Below are positions 50,600-64,000 of a stretch of 64,000 bases of DNA, piece by piece. The position numbers and the translations under genes are program-made. The notes below the pieces were generated by a model. That model searched no databases and was not told the origin of the DNA. It saw only the letters and a list, made by a program, of their open reading frames with translations. Numbering within the stretch: the stretch's first letter is position 1; each line of letters opens with the position of its first letter. The stretch comes from Lobosporangium transversale (taxonomy: Eukaryota), in assembly GCF_002105155.1 (NCBI RefSeq), contig NW_019028994.1, forward strand, positions 1-64,000, written 5' to 3'.

Positions 50600-53405
50600 G
50601 CAAAAGGACGAAATATTACTGAACAAAATAAGCATTTTTTTGATCTTCCTCCCAGGTGTCCAGTCATCTGCTTCTTCCCTGTTTCTGCTTCTGCTTCTAT
50701 TTCGGCTTCTGAATCTGAATCTGAGACTGGTACCAGCAACCGTTGATTGGCGGTGATGACTCTTCTCGAACTTCCTTGGCAAGGCCACGTTGCTTGGCTT
50801 TCTTTTTTTATTATTATTATTTTCCTTTCACGGGTTGCTGTTACAAAGGATTGAACCACAGATCCGGACATTGTAAGCTTTGAATATCATGAGTCGTGCC
50901 AGTACTTCACTCGGACAATATTAATGATTTGTACAGTAATATATCTCTTACTTGGATGTATCACCAACCTGTAGTGTAATCACTACACGCCAAGATCATA
51001 TTAAAGCCCTATACGATGCAAGCTGTTTCATTTCGCCACCAGAACAATAACATACTATCACAGATGGCAAATCTGGATACAATAAATATTAAATATGGTA
51101 AGAGAGACAACAAAGATAGTCCGAAAAAAAAAAAAAAAAAAAAAAAAAGATAGAGAGCCATGCTTGGCAAGATTAAACTGATTCATCAAGACCAAACCCA
51201 GATGTCAGAGGCTACCTGCTATATCAAGACTTCTACAATAGGAAAGCTTAACTGTTCACTCATTTGATTTTGCTCAGTGTCCCTTGATCCACGTTCTTAT
51301 GAAAGGTCGGTCATTCTTAGAAAAAGTTCTGAATGTGGACAAGAGGATAATCAAAACAAATGGGTAGATTGGCAGAATAAAATTAATGCCCATCAAATTG
51401 AACGCGTTCATCCGGTCATTTCAACTCGGGTATTTTTTAGTAGTAACAAAAGCTACTTCACTTTTTGAAAGAAAATACCAGAAAATACCACAAAGAAATG
51501 AACCACTTCTTCTACCAGAAAAGTTCTTCCTCACCCTCCAGCAGTAACAGTCGGGATATTTTGGTCATACTTCATTATGTCATAGTTAGTGGATTTGACT
51601 GGTTATCTCTTAGATTTGCACTCTGTCACGCACTGTTTCTCGGCTCCCTTGTAGAAGTAACATTGGAGCGACCTGGAGGTAGGATCACTTTACTGTTGAA
51701 AACAATAAAAAAACGATATGGATAAAAGGTATGACAGCTCCTCTTCTCTGGCAAACAAGCAACATCGATTTCACTTCAGAGGAAGTAATGTTTCCAGCAC
51801 TCTAGTACGTTTGTATGGATTGATACAGAGGACACACCGTGGGCGATTCATATCATTAGTTCTGTTGAGACATTCTTGGTGAAAGCAAGTAGGATCAAGA
51901 ATTGAAGAAAGTGAAAGGATGAGTATGACTTTTGCTTCTTAAGCATGGTCTTTCCCATCCAAATCTAATATTTGCCACCAATACACATCATTTTAAATGT
52001 AAACGGGAATGTCCATGCATGCTGCTAGGAAAGGGGAAAGAAACCCAGGCCACTGTGTCTGTGCCTGCCTGAAACAGAAAAGGTGGTATACAAAAGTTTG
52101 TCGCCATTTGCCCTGGAAAGACTTCTGTTTTCTCTCAACAAAGCTCACGTGCTCTGGTGCCAAAGTGCACTGGTGCATCGGTTGCTTGGATATAACAGCA
52201 CTATTCTATGATAAGCAGATGACAGACTGCACCGGCTGTTTCATGAACTATAGACAAAAGGATATGCAAACACAGACGCAACGACAGAAATTGTGCATTA
52301 AACATGGATAGTTGTGTTGTCTGACCATCTCTTTTCAACGTCTCTCTCATTCATCCTTTTCTTTTTCGTTCGTTCACCCCCTTTTGGAGGGTTCTCTTGT
52401 TGTTGGTACCCTACACATTATCTGTCAAGCGACCCGTATACCATCACTATCGATCCCCACTTTTCGCTGCTTCAACGGCTAGAACTGCCATTACCGTTTG
52501 CTTTCTGTTGTTCAGTCAGTTTGTTTTCATTAATTGTAAGTGTTTAATCAGAATTTTTAACAATACTTGACATGCCTAACCCCTTATGAATAGTAAACAA
52601 AGGAAAACTTCCCCCTGTGTTCCCCCTGTGTCATTCACGGGACCCCCGGCGGTGAAGAATAAAAAAGAAATGTTCTACGAAAATGTTGTTGAATGTTTGA
52701 ATGTCTGCCAAATACAAAAAAGGCTGAGAAACGGATGACATCCTTATTCACCCCTTTATTCCAGCGTATGTTGTATTACATATGTCATGATGTCGCTGTT
52801 GAAGCTTGTTTGTTTGTTTATGTACACTACTCCGCTCAGGGACACAGACAGGGCACGCGCACGCGTGGGCGCATTTTTGGGAAAAGAAGAGAAAACAATG
52901 ATTATAATATAGCCATTAACATCAAGAAGCATCTCTTTTTCCTTCTTCTTCCTTTCCCTTTTCTTTTTCTTTTCTCATTCCACTCTTCGTTTCAACGCGT
53001 TCTCATCTATTTGTACATAGTCTTTATTCGATTACCCTCTAATCAACCTTTTTAGAATCCATCTTAAGAAAACGCCTTTTTTTTTTATCCGTTGATTACA
53101 CCTATTTATCAAGACAGATATACCTCTTTTATTTTTTCTTGTTGTTGTTAATCATCATCACTGACCTTTGTTTAATTCATTCTCTTCCTTATTGATGTCT
53201 TCAGCGCAGGCCAATTGAGGACAAAAACAAAAACAACAACAATAAGGAAAAAAGAAAAGCAAAGCAAAAGCACCACACTTTACAATATACCACAAAAGAG
53301 GATAGCAGGAGTCCCCGCTTTCATTTGTACAACCCACTCCCCCTTCCTTCACTCCTATTCCTTCCTCTCTCAAAAGCTGTTACAAAAGCATCAAGATATT
53401 AAACC

Positions 53406-55739
53406 ATGTTGTCCAATGCAAGACCCATGTCGGCACTGATCTCAGTCTCGTCATTAGGCGACCTGACCATGAATGGAGATACCGAAGATGTCACAGGTAA
53501 GAAAAAAAAAGTGAACAGATAACAAGATGACAATATACATGTGTCTGCATCACCATTCGTTCTGTCAGGAAAGGAAAAATAGGGAAGACCTTGACAGTAC
53601 ACAAGGAAAAGCTAGTCTAACCACCAAGGACACAGAAATGAGAGAGATGAAGTGCAGTTATTTTTTATTTTTTCATCATAACCAACGCACTATACGCACA
53701 AACCATGTCTTTGTTGTTGATGGTGCTGGACAGGTTTGGTTTAGTGCCTTTTCTGTGTATTGTGAACTTTATTGAAAATAATCATTGCAGTTGGAAATGT
53801 CCCGACCGATGATCGATGTGTGATGCCATTACACCCTTATTTTGGTAAATGATTAAACGGGCGAAAGAAGACTAGTGGTCAGGTCCATACAATTTATGAA
53901 CAGATGGCCCAAAACGACACTTTTCCTCCTGAAATTTCCCGGCATATGGCTTCAGTAACAGCGGTTGTGCCTAAGGGAATTCACCACGACAACAGAGACA
54001 ACAACAGCAAAAGATAGGAAAGTTTTTTTGCTTACAAAGGGGCTCCTCCAATGTGGGGTGTGTGAAAGTGGATGGATCGGATGAACACATGATTTTATTA
54101 CTATTCCAAACCTGTGTAGGTGATGCTTTCACAATTCAAGAAACCCAAAGTGGATTCAAAAGAAGGGATGGAAAGAGCAACTATACGATGCTGGGATACA
54201 TTGCTGAACATGGCTCATTCAGATGATGACATTACTCATTCATTCGGTATATACAATTCATTACTAACACTATCTTTGCCCTTGTAAAATACTTTTACTT
54301 AGGCATGAGAGGTCGTATTCGACTGACACGCGAAGACGGGGCAAGAGGAGGCCGCTGGATGGATCAGTCTCGCAAGCAAGTGCAAGCATACGACTACCTG
54401 TGCCATATTGGAGAAGCCAAAGAGTAAGCACATTTCATCCATTATACTTTTATATATATAACAAGAAATGCCATCTAATGGACCCTAATTATTTATCGAT
54501 ACATCCTTATTGTAAATTAAAGGTGGATTGAGGCCTGTATTAATGAAGAGATCGACCCAATTATCACATTGGAAGAGGGTCTTCGGAATGGCGTTGCATT
54601 AGCAAAGCTGGCACGGTTCTTTGATCCATCTTCAGTAAAAAAAATCTTTGAGCATCCAGTTCTTCAGTATAAGCATTCCGATAATATCAACTGTCTCTTT
54701 AAGGCTATGCGCAACATCAAACTACCAGAGGTAACCACAACAACAGCAAATTATGATTTCTGCATTTTATGACATCTGTGCTCTCAAAATTTTTCCCTCT
54801 GACATCATTTTTTTTTTTTTTTTCAGATTTTTATTTTTGAGTTGACAGATCTATACGACAAGAAAAACATCCCCAAGGTCATCTACTGCATCCATGCACT
54901 CTCACACATGCTTGCTCAAAAGGGAATGGCTCCCAACATTAAGAATCTTGTAGGAGAACTTCAATTCACAGACGCAGAAATTCATGCAACCCGTCAGGGT
55001 TTAGATGCAGCAGGCGTATCTCTTCCTAGTTTCGGTAATGTTGGATCAGCACTAGCGAGGGAATTAAAAGGACCCGAGTTTGCAATTGCAGAAGCAATCC
55101 CTGAAGAAATAGAAGAAGAAGAACCAGAACCGGAGACTTTACTATCAAATCAGGAACTACGGGATCTTTTCTGGGCCAACAATACAGATTCAATTGTAAG
55201 GTGTCAAGCCATATGGAGGGGTGCTTTAGAGAGGAAACGATTCTTGGCACGGAGAAATATGCTTATGGAGGCCGAAGAGTTCTTTATTAAGCTTCAGGCC
55301 CAGACACGTGGTTTGCTTGTGAGGCGGAAATTCCATAACCGACTACAAGAGCTACATACGTTTGAGCCGCAAGCGATAACAGTAAGTCTTGCTTCTTTTT
55401 TTCACTCCTTTTCCAGCTCTAGGCCCTTGGGCTTAAAATTGGGGATATATAAAGAGGAAATGTGATCTAACATTCCTTTATCATAACAAACTGTAGATCC
55501 AAAAACATGTTCGTGGCTATCTACAACGCAAAAAATACCAGGGCCGTCAACAACATTTTAAGAACCATGTTGACAGCGTTATTAAGATGCAAAGTCTTTT
55601 CCGTGCCAAAGCTGCCAAAGACGCCTATCGCAGTTTGAGTAGGTTTTTTTTTCTCTTTAATTGAGATTATTGAGAAGCGTTGAGGTCTCATCTGAAAGTG
55701 CTTTTCCTTTTGTAGCTACCTTACGGATGCTGATTTCAA

Positions 55740-55770
<31 letters not shown>

Positions 55771-56603
55771 GCTTCGGGCATCAACCCCCCTATCTCGACG
55801 CTCAAGTCTTTCTTGCATCTCTTGAATGACAGCGATTTTGATTTCGAAGAAGAACTAGAACTTGAAAACTTACGTCAGCTGGTGGTTCGCCGTATTCGCG
55901 AGAACACTCAGTCAGATGCTCAATTAAACGAGTTGGATATTAAGATTGCATTGCTGGTTCAGAACCACATTACACTGGATGAAGTGATCAAGACCACAAC
56001 TTCGTTGACGAAAAAGAAACAACAGCGTCGCATGTCAATGCCAGTCTCCGCTACCAGCAACCCTTATACGCTAAAGTCGTTGGACCGTGAGAGTCGTGAC
56101 CGATTAGTGTTGTATCAGCAGCTCTTCTATTTACTACAGACTCAGCCCACGTACTTTAGCAGGCTGTTCTTTATGATGTCTAAGACTGGATTGTTCACAG
56201 ACAGAATCAAGAAGCAGATTGAGAGCATTGTCCTCACGCTTTTCGGATATGCACAAAACTCACGAGAGGAGTACTTGTTGCTCAAGTTGTTCAAGGTAAA
56301 AAAAAAAAAAGCACATTACACACGCTTTGGCTTAACAATGCCAAGCACATCCGTGAAGCGAATGATGAATCCTAATTGAACTTTTTTTTTTTTTTTTTTT
56401 TTTTTGTAGCAATCTATCTTTGAGGAAGTAGGAGAAATTCTGAATGTCAATGACTTCATGCGTGGCAACTTTATGTTCGTGAAAATGGTCATGGTCTACG
56501 TCCGCGGAGCCAAAGAACGTCGTTACTTGCGTGATCTTCTTGGCCCCCTGGTTCGCCAAGTCCTTGAAGATGACTTTTTGGACCTCGAAAGTGATCCACT
56601 CAT

Positions 56604-56642
<39 letters not shown>

Positions 56643-57129
56643 ATGTGTTGATGCTCTTAACGCTTCCTTGCCCATTAATACGTCAACCTCTGCTTCCCGA
56701 ATAAAAACGTAGATCTACAAAGCCAGTATCAACAATGAAGAATTGCGCACGGGTCGACCTTCAGAGCGTCCACTCCATATTGATCACACCGAGGCATTGG
56801 CTGACCCAGAGACCCGCACAACATTCATTCATCATTTGCAAGAATTACGCCTGCGCACTGAGATGTTTTTGAATGCAATTCTGGAAAGCTTACCAAGGAT
56901 GCCTTATGGTATCCGTTACATTGCCAAGGAGGTTGGAAACGCTCTTCGCTTAAAATTCCCTGAGGAACCTGAGGAAAACATCATGAAGGCTGTCGGCAAT
57001 TTGATCTACTACCGATACCTCAACCCTGCGATTGTGTACGTTTGACTACTTTTTGAAAAAGAGGAAAAACGTATGCCATGAATGAAAAGACATTCTAAGC
57101 GTATCTCGCTTTCTTAATTTCTCATTTGC

Positions 57130-57161
<32 letters not shown>

Positions 57162-58825
57162 CTCTCTCGCCATGTTATAGTGCGCCAGAAGGTTTTGATG
57201 TCATTGAGGGAGTTGTCAATCCTATGCAACGTAAGAATTTGGCCGAAATCTCCAAGATGCTCAACCAGATTTCAGTCGGAAAGTTATTCTCGGACGACAA
57301 TGTGTACCTCAAGCCTCTAAACGAGTATGTAGGCTATGCAGGAGCACGTTTCGCCACATACTTTAAGAATGGTAAGGCTTACAAGCAGGAAAGAATCACC
57401 TAACGGAGGATTAGAAAACCCGAATGCTCCTTGCTTTCTTACTGACCCTTTCAATTATTTTATTTTGTTTTTATGCTTCTCCCAATAGTTGTGGAAGTCG
57501 AGGAGCCTGAGATGCAATTCCAGATTAACGAGTATGTTGATCAGGTGAACACAATCCGTCCCACTGTCTATATCTCGCCCTATGAAATCTTCAACATGCA
57601 TGCTATGCTTATCGATAAGATTGATTTCCTTGCACCAGAGATGGAGGACCCTCTTCGTGTCATTCTTTCAGAGCTTGGTAATCCTCCAGCTGGTTATGAG
57701 GAACATTCTCAGGGTCATGGTGAAGTCTGTTTAACGTTGCAGAATCGGTTTACAGCCAATTTGGATGACCCTGATATGGATCTGAAACATTTGTTTGTGG
57801 AGACCAAGCGTTATATCCTGGCCATCATTCGCATTCAGTCTGGTCAGAACTTGATGGAAATTTTAGAGCGTCGTGTGACAATTCATGAGGAGCAAGCTTG
57901 GGAGGAACTGAAAGCCACAGAACTGAACCGTCAACAACATCATCAACGGAGAATAGAAAACGTGTCGGAGTCTTCGTTAAATGACCATTTCCGTGCTGCA
58001 GCGAATAATATGATGGCGGACATGAATGCGATGAGATTCATTGAGTTGAAGCAGCATGCAATTGACGGTATCTTGCAGCTCGAGTCAACGGGCAAGGTGA
58101 CACGAAAGAATGGGTACCAGGATATGATCAATGCAATTGCACTTGATATCCGAACTAAGCACCGTCGTCGTCTCCAGCGTGCAGCAGAATTGAACCAGGT
58201 GAAGCAGACGTTGAGCAACTTGAATGAGAAGAGACAATACTTGGAGAGTCAGATTAAGTCGTACCATGATTATGTCGAGTCATGTATGAACAATATTACG
58301 ACCAAGAAGGGCAAGAAGCAACGCTATGTGATGCCCTTCACGAAGCAATATTTCCATATCCGCAACTTGCAGCGACATGGCAAGGTGCCTCAGTTTGGAT
58401 CGTTCAAGTACACGGCTCAAAAGTTGTTTGAGAAGGGAGTGTTAATTAAGCTTGAAGGAGTGTCTCCTAAGCAGTACTCACAGATTTCGTTGACAATTTC
58501 ATGTGACGAACCAGGATTGTTCCAGATTGAGGCCGAGACCTCGATTCTGATGATGAAGATGCCAGTGACGAGTATGGAGTTGAGGTTAGAAGATCTATTG
58601 CAATGCCAGTTCAACAACATCCAGATCATGAGTCTGTTTGATGATATGGCAAAGGTCAATGTGAATCTTTTGCTTTTCTTGGTTAACAAAAAGTAAGTTT
58701 TTGGTGCTCTTTTTCTCTTTCTCTCTGTGTGCTTGTGTGTGTATGTGGCCATCAAGCCCATCAGTTTATGCAACTTTACTAACGTATGATTGGACAATTG
58801 TTATTGTTACAGGTTCTACATCTAG
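53406..58825 (+). CDS. IQGAP (Iqg1/Rng2-like): CH domain, IQ motifs, RasGAP-related domain, RasGAP_C; multi-exon
   Basis: AYDYLCHIGEAKEWIE..LRNGVALAKLA..HSDNIN..DLYDKKNIPKVIYCIHALSH (CH); CQAIWRG, LQAQTRG, IQKHVRG and MQSLFRA (IQ); YYRYLNPAIVAPE (GRD); FKYTAQKLFEKGVL..NVNLLLFLVNKKFYI*. The first exon (53406-53496) is inferred. Confidence 0.93.
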
Positions 58826-59599
58826 ACATACACACGCGGTCCATATTCACACACAGCAGGAAGATGACAGGTGTAATAGACGTGCCGCTGCATTTCTCCC
58901 CTTTCCTCGCCTCACCCCTAATGTTAATAATCATTGTGACCAAATAAATTTTTTTTATCTATTCACCACACGCGTCCAAATCTTTGACACGTCACAGGAG
59001 ACGAATTTTTTTTTTTTTTTTTGCATCTCTTTCCTTCCCTTTTTTGTTTTCTTTTTTTTTTTTTTGCTCCCATTGCCATTTGACCTTGGCCTTCATTGGC
59101 CAAGGCACTGGTTTTTGTAATGTCGACCTTCTGATGCGTCGGGTTTATACATTTACTTTTCCAGGATAAAAAAAAAAAAAAAAAAAAAAAAGTAAGAACA
59201 TTGAATTCAATTATGAACATGTACAGAAAAAAACTTGGAATGAATGCTGACTCGACAATATCTTTGATGCAGTTAGATGCTCCGCTCGAGTTTTCTTGAG
59301 CGTTAACATGAAGTTGGTGGGAGTGTCTTCAGGGAGCACAGCTGGTATTACCACTATGTGCTCCACCTACAAAGTAAGAACAATTGATGATACTGGATGG
59401 TTCTGCCGTTTTTTTTTCCTTTTTCCTTTTTTCCTTTTATAATGATACTTACTACCCGGATGCTGTCTTTGTTTTAATAACATCAATTAGAATAAAAAAC
59501 GAGATTCAAAAGAGACACGGGTATGGATCTGTTATCCTTGATTCATCAATTTTGCATAATTGACTCGTCCTATTAACTTTTCTTTTTTCTTTTTTCTTC

Positions 59600-59800
59600 C
59601 AACAGCTACAGAAACGGTCTTTCGATCCGTTTCTTAGCCGGCGGCGGGCGGGGAGAGGGAAGTGAATCGGAGATTGTTGGATGGAAACCAATTTCATCCA
59701 AAATCCAAGAAATCAGCCAGTCCCCGCATAGGGGTTGGTTAATCGGGCGGCGCCCCCCCTCCCCCTTATTATACCCTGCTGTGTCTTGTAATCAGTTTTT
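59600..59800 (+). ncRNA. Candidate structured non-coding RNA of unknown family
   Basis: GC-rich island between convergent 3' ends, with hairpins at 59605-59638, 59677-59701 and 59712-59743. Two hairpins contain G-U pairs on the + strand. G-rich and C-rich tracts bracket the second and third hairpins, and a T run starts at 59796. Confidence 0.35.
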
Positions 59801-59904
59801 TTTTTTTTTTCTTTTATTGCGCTGGAGCGCCGGATGATGGCTTAATTTTAATCAACATACCTGCCTCATTCGGAGTGAACTCCATGTACATTAATAAAAT
59901 AGAT

Positions 59905-59942
<38 letters not shown>

Positions 59943-60795
59943 TATCGCGTATGATGTCGAGAAAGAAAAATGGAATAACTCATTCACTAATATTCAAAGG
60001 AACTGTTTAGTAAAAAACATTACAGAATACAGAGCGAGTAGTTGGATAAAAGAAAGAGGACTACAAGAGAAGAATGAATTCCCCCCTGATTCCCCCTGTC
60101 CGTTCAACAGCTCTGATTGGATGTGTGAAATAATTGCTAAGGATCTGATCTTTGTGTTCAAACTGCAGTGTTCATGCAGCTCCAACTATTGTTCCAATTG
60201 TTCTGGGACGATCTTGATTAATAACCACATGCTTTCTCCCTCTATCCCTGTACCCACCTGCTCCAATCTTTTCTAAACATCAGGAGGCGAGATATCTCTT
60301 TGGACGGAGGATATTCCATGGATTCTTTCAGTCTGAATCACAGATCCACTCATAAATCTTTGGGAGAGATGGGCTCAGAACCCGTTATTTTTGTCGGAGT
60401 ACCTAGTCTGGTCACTTCGTTCGAAATAATTTTTAAATACATCCGCGGAAACTGTTATCCATATTCTCTCCTTCAATAGAGCGCCTATCCCAAACCTGTT
60501 CTTCCTACCGCACCTGTTATGACCACACAATCGTCGTGTAGACTTGTTGATCTTTTTGAATCTCATTTCTGACGACATGCTCCCGATTGTTGGTTTGCTA
60601 CTCTTTTGTACTCCTGTTGCCATTTGAGTGTTATGTGTAGAATTTTATTACAGACATGCTTTTTTCATTCAATAGCCTGCCTGATACATCTAGGCAATCC
60701 TCCTACTACTCATCCTTTTGATAGCCATATCGTGGAAAAATTATTCATCATCATATCATTTGTATATGCATCATGCCCCATGGGGCTATTGGGGT

Positions 60796-60828
<33 letters not shown>

Positions 60829-60852
60829 GAAAAAATGCTAATAGTATTTTGT

Positions 60853-61553
60853 TTAGCCAGTACGACCACCTCGGTTACCCCACCCTTTAGGATTATCGTC
60901 TTTAAAATCGTCCCAGGCTCTAGCCTTTAACGTCTCTGCTTCTAGACCTGCTTCGTCATTATCATCAACTTCCTTCTTCGTTGGCTCTTCAGTTCCTCCA
61001 GACAAAATGTTACCACGCTCCATCTCTTGATCCAGATATTGCTCAATGGTCATAGTCGGCAAACTATGGCCTGGCCGGAAGACACCTCTCATCATTTCAG
61101 TTTTCTTGCTGGTAATCACAAATGGTCTCAAGGGTCGCCCTTGAGGGTCCATTAATGGTCCTGTAGCATTCCTAATTCGACTGTCCACTCGTGTACCATC
61201 TTCGCCCCCATTTTCATTACTACTACCCTGTGCCGCTCTATGATCATTGGATCCTTGCGCTGCTTTCCGTGCTTGCATTTCTTTAAGCATTGGTAACTCT
61301 TCTTGAATCCCTACTAATTGCTCCATACTTTGGAAGATTGAGTATTGTAAATGCAACAAAACAAAATCACGGTATTGATCTTCCAACTCTGGGCTTAATT
61401 CGCCCTCATATCCACTGCTGGTAGTCCCTAACGCCTTGTGGAATTCCTTATGATATACCAAACAATATATAAATATAATATATAAAATTGAATAAAATCA
61501 GAGTGTCAGAACTTTGTCTAGTAAGGCTGAGTTATCATTGTCTGAGATTGGTG

Positions 61554-61584
<31 letters not shown>

Positions 61585-62540
61585 TAAAAAAAAAAAAAAA
61601 AGCGTTACTTCGATCCGATTCCTCATTTCCTTTTCACGTTTGAATCGTGCAATCTTTTCGCCTCGTCGGGTAGCTGCATCCCGAGGGGTATTTGCTGTGA
61701 GTTGTTCCAGGTATTTCTTATCCTGAGCAGTCAGAATCTCGTGTGTCTCGCATTGAAGAAGAAAATGATCAAAATGGTCCTATAAAATGAAAAAGGAAGC
61801 TCAGTAAAGGAAAATCAAGGTCGTTTCCTCTCTATCAATGCTACAGCAATAAATGAGATCGCTATAGGCGCCTGTTGACGCGCTTTTTCGTGCAAAAAAA
61901 ATAAATAAATAAATGCGGAATCAATTTTTTTTTTATTCTACCTTAGAGGTGTTCAGAGCAGAAAGGCGATCCTGACTAACGCGCTTGAGAAACAATTCGC
62001 CAAGATAATATTTAGTCAAAAGGAATCTAAACCAAAGAAAAAAAGAAAAAAAAAGTCAGATCTCAAGCAAAAGGTTTTCATTCTTAACTATCCACCCCAC
62101 AACTGTGTGTTACCTAAGATCCTTAGTGCTGATATCCTCCATAAACTCGTTCTCGCTAAACAGGCTCAATTGCTGCACCATCGCCTCAGCCCTTTCGAAA
62201 CCTTTGATAGACTCATTGACTTTTGACTAATTTAGAAGAAAAAAAATACAAAAGAAAGAGTTTGTAAATGTATGTATGCATAAAGAGATAAAGTCCTTTT
62301 GTTTGTTTCAAAAGTCAACCTTGGGCTCCCAAAAGTGGAGTATCCGTGTGTTATTAATACATATACAATATATACAATTGCATTGTTTCTCCTTCTTCCA
62401 AGGTTGTCTAAAAACAAAGGTTTTAGCTGTTTTACCTGATATTCCTCCGAAGTTGAAGAGAGAGTAGTTTTCTGCAGGTCTAGATAGAGGGTCTCTGCTT
62501 TTTGGAAGACCTGGGCAAGAGATGCGTCATTTTCAGCCAT
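60853..62540 (-). CDS. TAP42: TAP42/IGBP1 (alpha4) PP2A-family phosphatase regulatory subunit; multi-exon
   Basis: LFSENEFMEDISTKDL, RRGEKIARFKREKEM, PLMDPQGRPLRPFVIT..VFRPGHSLPTMTIEQYLDQE..KARAWDDFKDDNPKGWGNR. Confidence 0.93.
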
Positions 62541-62878
62541 GGAAAGGGCAGTTGACTGAGGAAAAGCGGAAGAATTAAATGTTGAATGGTAAATAAAGAA
62601 AAGGTTTTCTACGAATGCCAATTACACATGCTCAATTGCCTCTCATTTAATGCAAGTGAGAATTGCCATTCACACTGTGGCTTACACGTGTAAATCGTGT
62701 CATACAAGGAATTATTTTTTTTTCTCGGAGAGACTTTAGGTACTCTTTAGAAAAAGCATAGTCTAGTCGAACTTTTTTTTTCTTCTTCACTCTTCAACAC
62801 GCATTCGTCTAGGCTTTCGGCTTCCGGGCAAGGACATAAATATCACACGTCCTCCCCCATTGCATAATTTACAAAGCA

Positions 62879-64000
62879 ATGGCATTTCAAGCTCATCGAG
62901 TGATCTCTGGACGTGGACTGATCAGATCCGAGTGTAGTCGAGGCAGAGTCCACACGCATTATTTCACACGAACCTATATCCATACAACTGGCAGCCGGCT
63001 GCAAAATAGGCACCCTATTGCCATTTTCCACTCTATCCCTTCAACTACTTCTAATCATCAAATATCTCTTAAGAGATCCCGCATTATCATTACTCGCACA
63101 TCATCCTCGGCACCCGTACGCTCTGCAGCTGCTCTTCCAACAGGGGCTCAAAATATTTTCACAAAACATGATCAGGACCAGGATTTTAAAGAAGGCTTCT
63201 TTACAAGCCAATCCATAGCTTCATTATCATCAATTCCATTGTCACCATCAACATCAACAGCAATAGTAGCAGCATCAATACCCTCATCTACATCTACAAG
63301 CGCTTCCACGAATCTTGCTCCCGAGGGGTTCCAAGATTATGATATTCGATGGAAGGAGATCAAAAAACCAACTTTGACAGGATTAGTTCCTATATACATG
63401 GATCTGGCCAAGGCACGTCTCGGAGCCTTGGTAACACTGACGACGATGGCAGGATATGCCATGACACCAACTGCTGCTAGCTTACCCACCCTGTTCTCCT
63501 TGACAGTCGGAACAGCACTCTGTATTACCTCCGCTAACGCCTATAATCAATTTGTGGAACCACCCTATGATGCTCAAATGTCCAGGACAAGGAACAGGAT
63601 TTTGGTCCGCAAGGCAGTCTCACCTTTACATGCATGGTCTTTTGCCACGGTTACGGGAATTGGAGGTGTCAGTCTATTGGCTACGGCTGTTAACCCATTG
63701 ACGGCTGCTTTGGGAGCTGCCAACTTATTTCTTTATGCATCTGTTTATACGCCTATGAAGCGCATGTCCATTGCTAATACGTGGGTGGGAGCCATTGTAG
63801 GGGCTATCCCTCCAATGATGGGTTGGGCTGCGTGTACGAATTCACTAGACCCAGAGGCTTGGCTTTTAGGAGGATTACTCTATGCATGGCAATTCCCACA
63901 CTTTAATTCGTTGGCCTGGAATTTGAGGGCAGATTACTCCAAGGCGGGATATCGTATGATGGCAGTGACGGATCCAAAACTGAATGCTCGTGTTAGTCTT
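62879..64000 (+). CDS. COX10: Protoheme IX farnesyltransferase, mitochondrial (partial, runs off the window end)
   Basis: Open frame from ATG 62879 with an Arg-rich presequence-like start. Motifs: LAKARLGALV, SANAYNQFVEPPYDAQMSRTRNR, YTPMKRMSIANTWVGAIVGAIPPMMGW, WQFPHFNSL..DYSKAGYRMM. Confidence 0.95.
   Translation, partial: MAFQAHRVISGRGLIRSECSRGRVHTHYFTRTYIHTTGSRLQNRHPIAIFHSIPSTTSNHQISLKRSRIIITRTSSSAPVRSAAALPTGAQNIFTKHDQDQDFKEGFFTSQSIASLSSIPLSPSTSTAIVAASIPSSTSTSASTNLAPEGFQDYDIRWKEIKKPTLTGLVPIYMDLAKARLGALVTLTTMAGYAMTPTAASLPTLFSLTVGTALCITSANAYNQFVEPPYDAQMSRTRNRILVRKAVSPLHAWSFATVTGIGGVSLLATAVNPLTAALGAANLFLYASVYTPMKRMSIANTWVGAIVGAIPPMMGWAACTNSLDPEAWLLGGLLYAWQFPHFNSLAWNLRADYSKAGYRMMAVTDPKLNARVSL

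Noticed and set aside
59445..59460. ATACTTAC resembling the U1 snRNA 5' end
   Set aside because: Continues as TACC rather than CTG, and lacks U1 stem-loops and an Sm site.

Overview
Intron-rich, AT-rich eukaryotic DNA with long poly-A/T tracts. Gene content points to an early-diverging fungus, probably Mortierellaceae-like (inference). The first ~9 kb is an accessory region. It holds an apparently intact Crinkler (CRN)-type gene (ubiquitin-like header, P-loop NTPase, PD-(D/E)xK nuclease), a second decayed CRN-like NTPase/nuclease gene, and an intron-containing Fanzor/TnpB-like gene (~7.4-8.85 kb). The Fanzor-like gene has clear RuvC-II, zinc-finger and RuvC-III motifs but lacks RuvC-I. One clear and one possible further Fanzor-like fragment lie on the opposite strand. 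The rest is mostly housekeeping genes: an arrestin-fold protein, an APC amino-acid permease, an Rtt106-like histone chaperone, midasin (MDN1/REA1), a base-exchange phosphatidylserine synthase, IQGAP, TAP42 and a partial COX10. Notable non-coding structures are a 4.3-kb palindrome with 1987-bp arms (22943-27281), a nested fold-back upstream of the CRN gene, a DUF1647-like gene fragment just upstream of the arrestin gene, and a GC-rich candidate structured ncRNA at ~59.6-59.8 kb. All calls come from manual motif reading; no searches were run.
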